Source: Gaiellaceae bacterium | Lineage (GTDB): Bacteria; Actinomycetota; Thermoleophilia; Gaiellales; Gaiellaceae | Assembly: GCA_036493955.1 (NCBI GenBank) | Contig: DASXOW010000042.1 | Span: 2,996-66,995, forward strand | Direction: 5' to 3' | Length of the DNA: 64,000 bases | In this document: positions 55,762 through 64,000 of the stretch, piece by piece | Position numbering within the stretch: position 1 is the first letter of the stretch | How the letters are laid out: each line of letters begins with the position of its first letter | Position numbers and translations under genes: made by a program | Notes under the pieces: generated by a model | What the model was told of the DNA's origin: nothing | What the model saw: only the letters and a program-made list of their open reading frames with translations | Databases searched by the model: none

Positions 55762-58038
55762 GTGGCTACCGTCGACCTGCGCCAGTCCACGATCTTCTCG
55801 CGGCTCCGCGGACTGCTCGAAGTCACGCGGCTCGTTCGCACGGGCGACGAGCTTCCTGAGCTCCTCGCCGCGATCGCGCGGACCATCTCTGACTCGCTCG
55901 CGTTCCGGACTGTTGTCATCAACCTGTACCGCCGCGAGTGGGACGACTTTCTCGTCACGACGGTCTACGGGAGTGACGATGCGAAGGCGGCGCTGCTCGG
56001 CCAGGTGCAGCCGCCGTCGGAGTGGGAGCCCTTGCTCGACGCGCGCTTCCTGCAGCGCGGCGCGTACTTCCTCACCGCCGGCGAGATCGACTGGGACGAG
56101 GTCGGCGGCACGACGTACACGCCGGATCTCGTCGTCTCCGACGACCCGACCGCGTGGCATCCGGACGACGCACTGTTCACGCCGATGCGCGGGCCCGACG
56201 GCGAGCTGCTCGGCATCCTCTCCGTCGACGAGCCGCTCTCGGGACGGCGACCGAGCGGCGATGAGATCGACGTTCTCGTTGCCGTGTGCGAGCACGCGGC
56301 CTTGGCGGTGCAGGCAGCGCAGGAGGGAGCGCGCGCGCAGGCGAACCGCGATGCACTCGAGCGGCTGCTCGCGGTCTCGACGACGCTGAACGAGACATCC
56401 GACACGCCGACGCTGCTCGGGCAGGTGTGCGCCGCGATCTCGGAGGCGCTGGGATTCGAGAAGGTCGCCGTGCAGCTGCTGTCGGACGACGGGTTCCATC
56501 GCTCGGTGGCGCAGGTCGGCTTCGGCGACGGCGAGAACATGGGCGCGCCGCTCTCGGCCGACGAGCTCGAGCTGCTGCTCCGCCCCGAGTTCGACGTGGC
56601 GGGGTGCTACGTGATTTCGCACGGGGCCGCGCGCGCGACGCTTCCGGATCGCCCGGCGGGCTACAACTCGCAGCGCGACGGACGCGGCCCCTACGCGTGG
56701 AACAACCATTGGCTGTTCGTCCCGCTGCAGGGACGGCGCGGGAATCGCATCGGATATATCTGGGTGGACGACCCGACCGACCGCCTACGCCCGGACGCCG
56801 AGCGACTGAAGATCCTGCGCGCGTTCGCGAACCAGGCGACGACGGCACTCGAACAGGCTGCGCAGTACGCGGAGATCCACAACGCGTACGAGCACCACCG
56901 CGCGCTGATCGATGCCTCCCCCACCGCGATCGTGGACTTCGACCTCGACGGTCGCGTTCGCTCATGGAACGGCGGCGCCACCGAGATCTTCGGCTGGACG
57001 GCCGACGAGGCGATCGGCCGCGTAAGCCCGATCGTCCCGGATGAGGAATTGCCGGCGTTCATCGAGACGCTCGAGCGGATCGCGGCGGGCGAGAAGGTTC
57101 GCGACCTCGACGTGCGGCGCGCGCACCGTGACGGGTCGCTGATCGACACGATGATCTCCGCGGCTCCGATCCGAGAGGCGACCGGGAAGATCGTCGGCGT
57201 GATCGCGACGATGATCGACGTCACGCAGCGCAAGCGCTCCGAGCGGATGCTCGCCGCGAGCGAGGCCCGCAAAGACGCGATCCTCCGCGCGGCACTCGAC
57301 GCCGTCGTCATCGTCGACCACGAAGGCTTGATTGTCGAAGTGAATACGGCGACCGAGGAGACGTTCGGCTGGACGCGGCCCGAAGCCGTCGGCCGTTCAT
57401 TCCTCGGGCTGGTCGTTGCACCCATCGACCGCGATTCCCTCGCGGATGTGCTGACGGCGGGCAGCCCGCTGCTCGGGTCGCGCCTCGAGATCAGTGCGCT
57501 TCGCTCCGACCGCAGGTCGTTCCCGGCCGAGCTCGCAATCACGCGCGTCGACCTCCCCGGGCCGCTCCTGTTCGCGGTCTCACTGCGCGACGTCACGAAG
57601 CGCCACCAGCACGAGGAGCGTCTCCGCCAGGCGGAAGCCAAGTACCGCACGCTCGTCGAGCAGCTGCCTCTCGCGACCTACGTCAACACGGTCGGCCTGC
57701 CGTTCAAGACGACGTACATGAGCCCGCAGATCGAGCGGATGCTCGGCTATCCAGTCGAGAAGTGGCTCGAGCCGGAGTTCTTCATCACGGTGCTGCACGA
57801 AGAGGATCGCGAGCGCGTGTCGACCGAGGTGATCCGCACACACCAGACCGGTGAGACGTTCCGCATGGAGTACCGCCTCATCTCAGCCGACGGCAAGATC
57901 GTCTGGGTGCTCGACGAGACGGTCGCGGTGCGCGACGCGGAGTACCACCCGATCATGCTGCAGGGCTGCCTCGTCGACGTCACCGACCGGCACGACGCCG
58001 TGCGGTCAGCGGCGAAGCACTCGGCCGCCGCGGCCTAG
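55762..58038 (+). CDS. cytoplasmic GAF-GAF-PAS-PAS-PAS sensor protein without a recognisable output domain
   Basis: 758 aa. Two GAF-like modules, then three PAS-like repeats (FDLDGRVRSWNGGATEIFGW; VDHEGLIVEVNTATEETFGW; EYRLISADGKIVWV). Confidence 0.8.
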   Translation: MATVDLRQSTIFSRLRGLLEVTRLVRTGDELPELLAAIARTISDSLAFRTVVINLYRREWDDFLVTTVYGSDDAKAALLGQVQPPSEWEPLLDARFLQRGAYFLTAGEIDWDEVGGTTYTPDLVVSDDPTAWHPDDALFTPMRGPDGELLGILSVDEPLSGRRPSGDEIDVLVAVCEHAALAVQAAQEGARAQANRDALERLLAVSTTLNETSDTPTLLGQVCAAISEALGFEKVAVQLLSDDGFHRSVAQVGFGDGENMGAPLSADELELLLRPEFDVAGCYVISHGAARATLPDRPAGYNSQRDGRGPYAWNNHWLFVPLQGRRGNRIGYIWVDDPTDRLRPDAERLKILRAFANQATTALEQAAQYAEIHNAYEHHRALIDASPTAIVDFDLDGRVRSWNGGATEIFGWTADEAIGRVSPIVPDEELPAFIETLERIAAGEKVRDLDVRRAHRDGSLIDTMISAAPIREATGKIVGVIATMIDVTQRKRSERMLAASEARKDAILRAALDAVVIVDHEGLIVEVNTATEETFGWTRPEAVGRSFLGLVVAPIDRDSLADVLTAGSPLLGSRLEISALRSDRRSFPAELAITRVDLPGPLLFAVSLRDVTKRHQHEERLRQAEAKYRTLVEQLPLATYVNTVGLPFKTTYMSPQIERMLGYPVEKWLEPEFFITVLHEEDRERVSTEVIRTHQTGETFRMEYRLISADGKIVWVLDETVAVRDAEYHPIMLQGCLVDVTDRHDAVRSAAKHSAAAA

Positions 58039-58191
58039 AAGCTCTAACTGAATGACCGCGCGCTGGCTGGGCGAGTGCGATGCAAGGACGCAGGGCGCGT
58101 TCATATGCAGTGCACATGGGCGCGCCCGAGGACGCCGCAGCGCGCCGCTCAATGCGGTCAGACAGCCCGCCGCTCATTGAGTTAGGGCTTC

Positions 58192-59820
58192 TTAGACCGA
58201 CACTGCGCGGCGCTCACGCCACGTCGACCAGCCGCCCTCGTACGAGCGCACGTGCCCGTCCGAAACCTCGAGGATGCGGTCGGCGATCCGATCGAGGAAG
58301 TACCGGTCGTGCGACACGAAGATCGCCGTTCCCTCGAACGTCTCGAGCGCGCCCTCGAGCATCTCGACCGATTCGATGTCGAGGTGGTTCGTCGGCTCGT
58401 CGAGCAGCAGGCAGTTGGAGCCTTCAAGCATCAACAGCAGGAGCTGCAGCCGCGTCCATTCACCGCCCGACAGCGAGTCGAGCGGGCGCCGCACCTGCTC
58501 GTATCCGAACAGGAACTTCATCAGCCGTGAGACGGCCTCGCCCTCGGAGATCGGCGCCGTGCGCCGCACGAGGTCGAGTGGCGTCGCCTTCGGGTCGTCA
58601 GGGCGCCGGTCCTGCGCCAGCCGGCCGAAGCGGATCGACGGGCCGGCCTTGCGCTCACCGTCGTCCGGATCGAGCTCACCTCCGAGCAGCCGCAACAGCA
58701 CCGACTTGCCGGCGCCGTTCTCGCCGACGACGCCGACGCGCTCGCCGCGCAGCACGGTCAGGTCGACGCCTTCGAGGATCTGCAGACCGCCGAACGCGAC
58801 TCCGACACCGTCGAGCTCGACGACGCGCTCGCCGCCGCGCGCGTGCGGACGGAGCTCGAGCGCGATTTTGCGGCGTTCGAGGACGGGGCGGTCGATCTTG
58901 TCCATGCGGTCGATCTGACGCTGCTTGTTGCGTGCCTGCTTGATGTGTCGTTCGTCGGGGACGCGGGATGCCCAGTCCTTGAAGCGGCGGATCGCCTCTT
59001 CGAGGCGCGCGATCTCCTTCTGCTGCGTCACGTAGAGCTGCGACTGCCGCTGTAGCTCGAGCTCGCGGGCGAGGGTGTACGCCGAGTAGTTCCCCGGCCA
59101 CATGCGCATCACGCCGGCGGTGAGCTCCGCGATCTCGGTCACGGTCTCGTCGAGCAGGTAGCGATCATGCGAGACCGCGACGACGGCGCCGTCGAACGTC
59201 CGCATCAGCACCTCGAGACGTTCACGCGCCTCGACGTCGAGGTGCGCCTCGGGCTCGTCGAGCAGGAGGACATCGGGATCGCGCAGCAGGCACGCTGCCA
59301 GGCCGACGAGCTTGCGTTGGCCGCCCGAAAGCACGCGCGTCGGCTTGACCAGATCGTCGTCGTCGAGGCCGACGTCGACCAGGAGCGCGCGGGCGCGGCC
59401 CTCGAAGCCGGGACCGCCTGCACTCGTCCAGCGCCCGAGCACGTCCTCCTGCCGGCGGAGCAGGCGTGCGATCCGGTCGAGGTCGTCGCCCTGCTCGCCG
59501 AGCTGCCGCTCGACGTGGGCGAGCTCTTCCTCGAGCTCCGCGAGGTCGGGCCGCGCGTCGCGGAGCGTCGCTGCGGGGTCGCGCCCGTCCCCTTCGGGCT
59601 GCTGCGGCAGGAACGCGACGACGAGCCCGCGACGCTGCGTCACCTCACCGGCGTCGGCGACCTCCTCCCCGGCCAGGATTCGGAGCAGCGTCGACTTGCC
59701 GCCGCCGTTCGGCCCGATCACGCCCAGGCGGATGCCCGGCTCGATGTCGAAGTCGAGCTTGTGGAGGATCGAGCGCGAGCCGAAGCTCTTGCCGATGCCG
59801 CGTGCGGCAATCAGCGCCAT
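58192..59820 (-). CDS. ABC-F family ATPase (two NBDs, no TM)
   Basis: 542 aa from MALIAARGIGKSF. GPNGGGKST and GENGAGKSV Walker A motifs, two LSGG signatures, and an inter-domain linker. Confidence 0.9.
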   Translation of the reverse strand: MALIAARGIGKSFGSRSILHKLDFDIEPGIRLGVIGPNGGGKSTLLRILAGEEVADAGEVTQRRGLVVAFLPQQPEGDGRDPAATLRDARPDLAELEEELAHVERQLGEQGDDLDRIARLLRRQEDVLGRWTSAGGPGFEGRARALLVDVGLDDDDLVKPTRVLSGGQRKLVGLAACLLRDPDVLLLDEPEAHLDVEARERLEVLMRTFDGAVVAVSHDRYLLDETVTEIAELTAGVMRMWPGNYSAYTLARELELQRQSQLYVTQQKEIARLEEAIRRFKDWASRVPDERHIKQARNKQRQIDRMDKIDRPVLERRKIALELRPHARGGERVVELDGVGVAFGGLQILEGVDLTVLRGERVGVVGENGAGKSVLLRLLGGELDPDDGERKAGPSIRFGRLAQDRRPDDPKATPLDLVRRTAPISEGEAVSRLMKFLFGYEQVRRPLDSLSGGEWTRLQLLLLMLEGSNCLLLDEPTNHLDIESVEMLEGALETFEGTAIFVSHDRYFLDRIADRILEVSDGHVRSYEGGWSTWRERRAVSV

Positions 59821-59873
59821 ACGGCAGACGGTAGCCAGGGCGACGCGCGGTGTCGTCGTCCTCGCGGAGGAGA

Positions 59874-60431
59874 TCAGGGAAGGCGGAACGCGACTTCGCC
59901 GAGCCGCCGGTAGCCGGCGATCGACGGATGGTCGCGGTCCTCGTTGCACCACTCTGGCTTCATCCGCCCGGACGCGTCCGGGTCTTCCAGCGTGTCGTGG
60001 AACGGCAGGATCGGCACGGCGAGCTCGTGGATCAGCGCATTCAGCCTGCGGATCGGCTCCTCCTTGGCGGGCCAGCCGCCGTTCCACGGCAGAACGTCGC
60101 AGGCTGCGACGCGCAGCCCGAGCGCGAGCCCACGCTCGACCAGCGCTCGCAAGGTCGCGCCCGCGGGCTCGATCGGGCGGCCCTGCGCGATGTCGTTGAT
60201 CCCGCCCTGGACGATCAGCACGTCGGCACCTTCGACCGCCGAGTCGAAGCGCGCGGCGATCTCGTCGGTGCGCTGGCCCCAGATCCCGAAGTTGCGGAAG
60301 TCGAGCTCGGGATGCAACAGACCGGCCCAGTGCTCCCACTGCCCCTCGGGGTCGCCGGCACGCCGGCGCGAGTCCCAGTAGGGCGATCCCTCGGTGATCG
60401 AGTCACCGAGGCAAGCGACGACGGTCGGCAT
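59874..60431 (-). CDS. SGNH/GDSL hydrolase
   Basis: Block I GDSITEG, block III GINDI, block V DHPS. Confidence 0.85.
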   Translation of the reverse strand: MPTVVACLGDSITEGSPYWDSRRRAGDPEGQWEHWAGLLHPELDFRNFGIWGQRTDEIAARFDSAVEGADVLIVQGGINDIAQGRPIEPAGATLRALVERGLALGLRVAACDVLPWNGGWPAKEEPIRRLNALIHELAVPILPFHDTLEDPDASGRMKPEWCNEDRDHPSIAGYRRLGEVAFRLP

Positions 60432-60442
60432 CTCCAGCTAGC

Positions 60443-61252
60443 TCAGAAGAAGAACTGCTTCCAAGCCGTCCACCAGTCGTCGGCGCGCGAGACGATCTGC
60501 CGCGGCTCGGTGATCTCGACGCCCGGGCGAAAGCGGTATTTCTCGACGTGATCGGACGTGTTGAAGTCGACGGTGATCTCGCAAGGCACGCCCGGGTCGT
60601 ACGGCGCGACAGCGTTCAGGTCATCGAGCGCGCGCTTCGCTCCGTCCTCGATCAACTCGCGTGCCTTCGGCGCCGGCAGCTGCCGTGCGCTGAAGCGGCC
60701 CAGGCCTTTCTTCACGGCCACAGTGGTCAGACCAGAGCCGAGGAGCGCACGTCCCTCGCGGCACGATGCCTCGTCCCCGGTGACGAGCAGCACCGGACAC
60801 CCCCACGCCCCGCACAGCGCAGCGTTGATGCCGGTTTCCCCAACTTCGACGCCGTTGAAGCGGAGGCGCCACCACGACGATCCGCTGACCGTATGGGCCA
60901 GGACACCGTCGCGTGTTCCGGCCATGGCGTGCATACCTACGAACAGCGCCGCGTCCACGCCCGCTTCGAGGAACTCGGTGTACTCGGTCCATTCGTTCTG
61001 GACGACGAATTCGCACGCCGGGTCCAGCTCCTCGGGGATCAGCGAGTTGAACGTCCAGCCTTCGCCTGCGCCGTGGCAGTCCATGACGACGATTTCGGTC
61101 GCGCCGGCCGCCTTCGCGCCGCGGACGGCGGCGTTGATCTCACCGGTGTAGAGGCGGCGTCCTTCCTCGTACATCGCGTGGCCGCCCGAGGTCTGCTGCC
61201 ACTTCGTGATCCCCGAGACGCCTTCCATGTCGCTGACGATGAAGACCTTCAC
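60443..61252 (-). CDS. D-aminopeptidase, peptidase M55 (DppA-type)
   Basis: MKVFIVSDMEGVSGI N-terminus and a MDCHG motif. Confidence 0.85.
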   Translation of the reverse strand: MKVFIVSDMEGVSGITKWQQTSGGHAMYEEGRRLYTGEINAAVRGAKAAGATEIVVMDCHGAGEGWTFNSLIPEELDPACEFVVQNEWTEYTEFLEAGVDAALFVGMHAMAGTRDGVLAHTVSGSSWWRLRFNGVEVGETGINAALCGAWGCPVLLVTGDEASCREGRALLGSGLTTVAVKKGLGRFSARQLPAPKARELIEDGAKRALDDLNAVAPYDPGVPCEITVDFNTSDHVEKYRFRPGVEITEPRQIVSRADDWWTAWKQFFF

Positions 61253-62055
61253 GAGATCGACCCTACGACTTCTCCGCGGCTGTTGTGCACCTCGACCTCA
61301 CGGAACTCGTCGAGCGCGAAGACCTGCGCGAGCGCCGGTCGGAGGCCGCGGAACGCACCGTCCTCGACCTTGAACGCCCATGCATCGCTTCCGTCGGACA
61401 CGCAGAACAGTCCTTCGGCGCCGCCCTTCGCGAACCAGCCCGGGCGCGCGCGCATCAGCTCGGTGTCCGCCGAGCCTGCGCCGCCGACGAGCTCCGGCCG
61501 GGCCGCCATCGCTGCGCGGATTCGCGGCGGCGTCTGCAGGAACACCTCGCACATCCGGGAGAGGGGAAGCGCGAACGTCGGGACGCCGCAACCGTCGACG
61601 CCGACGTCGGCGTCACCGACGAGCGCGGCCACGCGCTGCTGCAGCGGATGTTCGAGCGAGCGGTATGGATGGAGCGGCCAACCGTGCGCGCGGCACGCCG
61701 CGAGCATGCCGGCGTGCTTTCCGGAGCAGTTGTGGCCGAGCTTGCCGTCCGGCCGTCCTTCCTGCAGCCCGTTCTCGAGGTCGTCGACCGACGCGCCCGC
61801 ACGTGCGAGCAGCTTCCGCGCCGCCTCGAGCTGGGCAGGCTCCGCCTGGTGCGAGGCGCTCGCGATCGCGAGCTCGTCGTCGCCGAGGTCGTCGTATCCC
61901 TCGAGCAACGGGATCGCCTGGATCGGCTTCAGCGAGGAGCGGAAGAAGCAGTGGAAGTCGTCGCCGTATGCGTCGCTCGCGGTGGAGCGCACGTGCACCT
62001 GGTGCACGGCCTCGACCGCACCTCCTCGCCGCACGGTTACCCTGATCGCGTCCAC
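61249..62055 (-). CDS. asparaginase II family (PF06089-like) protein
   Basis: FRSSLKPIQA, NCSGKHAGML and DGCGVP motifs. ATGA overlap with the M55 gene. Confidence 0.8.
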   Translation of the reverse strand: MDAIRVTVRRGGAVEAVHQVHVRSTASDAYGDDFHCFFRSSLKPIQAIPLLEGYDDLGDDELAIASASHQAEPAQLEAARKLLARAGASVDDLENGLQEGRPDGKLGHNCSGKHAGMLAACRAHGWPLHPYRSLEHPLQQRVAALVGDADVGVDGCGVPTFALPLSRMCEVFLQTPPRIRAAMAARPELVGGAGSADTELMRARPGWFAKGGAEGLFCVSDGSDAWAFKVEDGAFRGLRPALAQVFALDEFREVEVHNSRGEVVGSIS

Positions 62056-62075
62056 CGACGCCGGAGACTACTCAG

Positions 62076-62903
62076 GTGCCCGAGCTACCAGAGGTCGAGG
62101 CGTGGCGCCGTCAGCTCGATCCGCTCGTGAAGCGGTCGCCGATCGAGCAGGCGGGCCCCGCACACATCGCGACGCTGAAGACGTTCGATCCGCCGTTGAA
62201 GGCGCTCGAAGGCGAGGGGCTGCGTGGCGTCGAGCGTCGCGCCAAGCGCTTCCTGCTCCCGTCGGACGACGGTGAGCTCGTGCTGCTCGTGCACCTGATG
62301 AGCGCCGGCCGGCTCAAGTACGTACCCGCCGGCGGGAAGGGCGCGAAGCCACCCGTGTTCCGCCTGCGGTTCGTCGACGGAGGTGAGCTGCAGCTCACCG
62401 AAGCCGGCTCGAAGAAGCGCGCCGGCGTCTGGCTCCTTCGTCCAGAGGCAGTACAGGCGGAGCTCGCGCATCTCGGTCCGGAGGCGAACACGCTCGATAC
62501 TGACGACGTCGCGCGCATCCTTGCGTCCGATTCCCGGCGCCTGCATTCCCTGCTTCGCGACCAGCGCCTGATCGCCGGCATCGGGCGCGCATGGGCGAAC
62601 GAGATCCTGTGGGTCGCGCAGCTCTCGCCGTACGCGCTGTCGAGTCAGGTCGCGGGCGACGACCTCGAGCGGCTGACGGCCGCGATCCGTTCTGAGATGG
62701 ACCGCGGCCTCGAGCTCCGCCTCGCCGGTGCCAACGACGAGAAGACCCACCGCGTGCACAACAAGCTCGGCAACCCGTGCGAGCGCTGCGGGACAGCGAT
62801 CGCGCGCGTCGACTTCGAGGAGCATACGATTTACTACTGCCCGACCTGCCAGACCGGCGGCCGTGTGTTGAAGGACCGGCGGATGTCGAGACTTCTCAAG
62901 TAG
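62076..62903 (+). CDS. Fpg/Nei family DNA glycosylase
   Basis: N-terminal (M)PELPEVE catalytic Pro, H2TH region, C-terminal zinc finger CERC...CPTCQ. Confidence 0.88.
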   Translation: MPELPEVEAWRRQLDPLVKRSPIEQAGPAHIATLKTFDPPLKALEGEGLRGVERRAKRFLLPSDDGELVLLVHLMSAGRLKYVPAGGKGAKPPVFRLRFVDGGELQLTEAGSKKRAGVWLLRPEAVQAELAHLGPEANTLDTDDVARILASDSRRLHSLLRDQRLIAGIGRAWANEILWVAQLSPYALSSQVAGDDLERLTAAIRSEMDRGLELRLAGANDEKTHRVHNKLGNPCERCGTAIARVDFEEHTIYYCPTCQTGGRVLKDRRMSRLLK

Positions 62904-63078
62904 AGGAAGTCCCGGGGCAAGACGACGCGTCGGACATCGTCGTCCGGATCCAACTCGCGGGCTGACGGCGTCGCGCCTCGGTGGCGCGTAGGGATGGAGA
63001 CGTGGGGCCCGCCTCGAGCGGGCTTCACGCTTCCGTGAGCCGCCCGTCGCAGTCCGCTGATTCGGTAATGCTGCTCGC

Positions 63079-63507
63079 GTGGAGGTCGAGCGGGTCACCG
63101 AAGCGACGGACGAGCTTGTCGATGCATTCGCGCGCCTCGTCCCCCAGCTCTCGCCCGGCCGGACGGGGCCGTCTCGACTCGAGCTCACCGAGGTGCTCGC
63201 AGCGCCTGGGACGCACGTGCTCGTCGCACGCGATGGCGCCATGGTCGTCGGCACGCTCACACTCCTCCTCTACCGCATCCCGACCGGCGCCCGAGGCTGG
63301 ATTCACGACGTCGTCGTCCACGAGTCCGGGCGCGGCCAGGGCGTCGGCGCCGCGCTAGTCCACGAGGCGCAGCGGCTTGCCCAAGCGGCCGGCGTCGCGT
63401 CCGTCCACCTCACCGCGCGGGCTCACCGCGAGGCTGCGCACCGGATGTACCGGCGGCTGGGCTTCGTGGAGCACCCGTCCGAGGTGTTCGTCTGGCGCCC
63501 CCAGTAA
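63079..63507 (+). CDS. GNAT family N-acetyltransferase
   Basis: 142 aa with acetyl-CoA motif A (VVHESGRGQGVGAALV) and a YRRLGF tail. Confidence 0.85.
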   Translation: MEVERVTEATDELVDAFARLVPQLSPGRTGPSRLELTEVLAAPGTHVLVARDGAMVVGTLTLLLYRIPTGARGWIHDVVVHESGRGQGVGAALVHEAQRLAQAAGVASVHLTARAHREAAHRMYRRLGFVEHPSEVFVWRPQ

Positions 63508-64000
63508 TGTCGCGCCGCATGATTCGTACGCAACCCCACTCCGGCGGCTGGCTCGAGGTCGTCTGCGGACCGATGTTCAGCGGGAAGAGCGAGGAGCTGA
63601 TCCGGCGCCTGCGCCGCGCCGAGATCGCGGGGCAGCGCGCGCTGATCGTGAAGCCGCTCATCGACGACCGCTACGACGTCGGCCATGTCGTGTCACATGC
63701 GGGCGCGAAGATGCGCGCGGTCACCGCGTCGTCGGGCGACGAGGTGAGGCGGCTCGCAGCCGGCTACGACGCGATCGGCATCGACGAGGTGCAGTTCTTC
63801 GACGACACCGTCGTGGACGCAGTCGACGCGCTCGTCTCGGACGGAGCACGCGTCGTCGCGGCCGGGCTCGCGCAGGACTTCCGCGGGCTGCCGTTCGGCT
63901 CGATGCCGACGCTGCTCTGCGTCGCGGAGTTCGTCGACAAGCTCGAAGCCGTCTGCCACCGCTGCGGCGGCGCCGCCACGATGACGCAGCGCCTCGTCGA
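63507..64000 (+). CDS. tdk: thymidine kinase (3' end beyond the window)
   Basis: Hand translation gives (MSRR)MIRTQPHSGGWLEVVCGPMFSGKSEELIRRLRR...IDEVQFF...CHRCGG. Open to the window end; not in the ORF track. Start is 63507 (TAATG overlap) or 63519. Confidence 0.85.
   Translation, partial: MSRRMIRTQPHSGGWLEVVCGPMFSGKSEELIRRLRRAEIAGQRALIVKPLIDDRYDVGHVVSHAGAKMRAVTASSGDEVRRLAAGYDAIGIDEVQFFDDTVVDAVDALVSDGARVVAAGLAQDFRGLPFGSMPTLLCVAEFVDKLEAVCHRCGGAATMTQRLV

Noticed and set aside
58141-58175. A third occurrence of GCGGTCAGAC inside a hairpin (CTCAATGCGG...CCGCTCATTGAG) at another convergent junction, possibly the same family as the 28.3-28.5 kb hairpins.
   Set aside because: Only a 10-mer is shared, and it sits in the loop side of the stem rather than the 3' arm and tail. 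This is probably an unrelated terminator-like hairpin.

Overview
This is a very GC-rich (by eye about 70% or more), densely coding window with Actinomycetota-type gene content; that lineage assignment is an inference from gene content. Most of it is ordinary chromosome. It carries two OmpR/histidine-kinase pairs, one next to an ABC-2 exporter. It also has a desaturase-fabF pair, cspA, an MsrPQ-like Mo-oxidoreductase/cytochrome b pair, two HtrA-like proteases and HU. There is a divergent FtsH-like AAA protease operon and c-di-GMP signalling proteins (GGDEF/HD-GYP/GAF, MshEN-like, GAF-PAS). A complete, translationally coupled arginine operon runs argC-J-B-D-R-G-H-F. Further genes include a giant FtsX-type ABC system, an ABC-F ATPase, Fpg/Nei and a partial tdk at the right edge. 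No rRNA, tRNA, CRISPR array, transposase or integrase was recognised. The stand-out region is a lower-GC island at about 36.2-41.3 kb. Within it, at 37605-40658, eight same-orientation copies of a ~30-bp element (consensus CTGCGCCAGTGTTCCGGAATGACGCCAGAG) cut 3 kb into seven single-ORF units. The units encode small membrane proteins, a GNAT, a HIT protein, an SRPBCC protein and unknowns, and the repeat usually sits just 3' of the stop codon. This is an integron/CALIN-like cassette architecture, but the repeat is not a canonical attC and no recombinase lies in the window. Other oddities: (1) a 31-nt perfect AT-rich palindrome in argH, whose 15-nt core recurs in argF. (2) Two hairpin repeats with compensatory substitutions in a convergent intergenic region. 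(3) 5'-truncated genes at the island borders. All calls come from reading the sequence and ORF translations; no database search was run.
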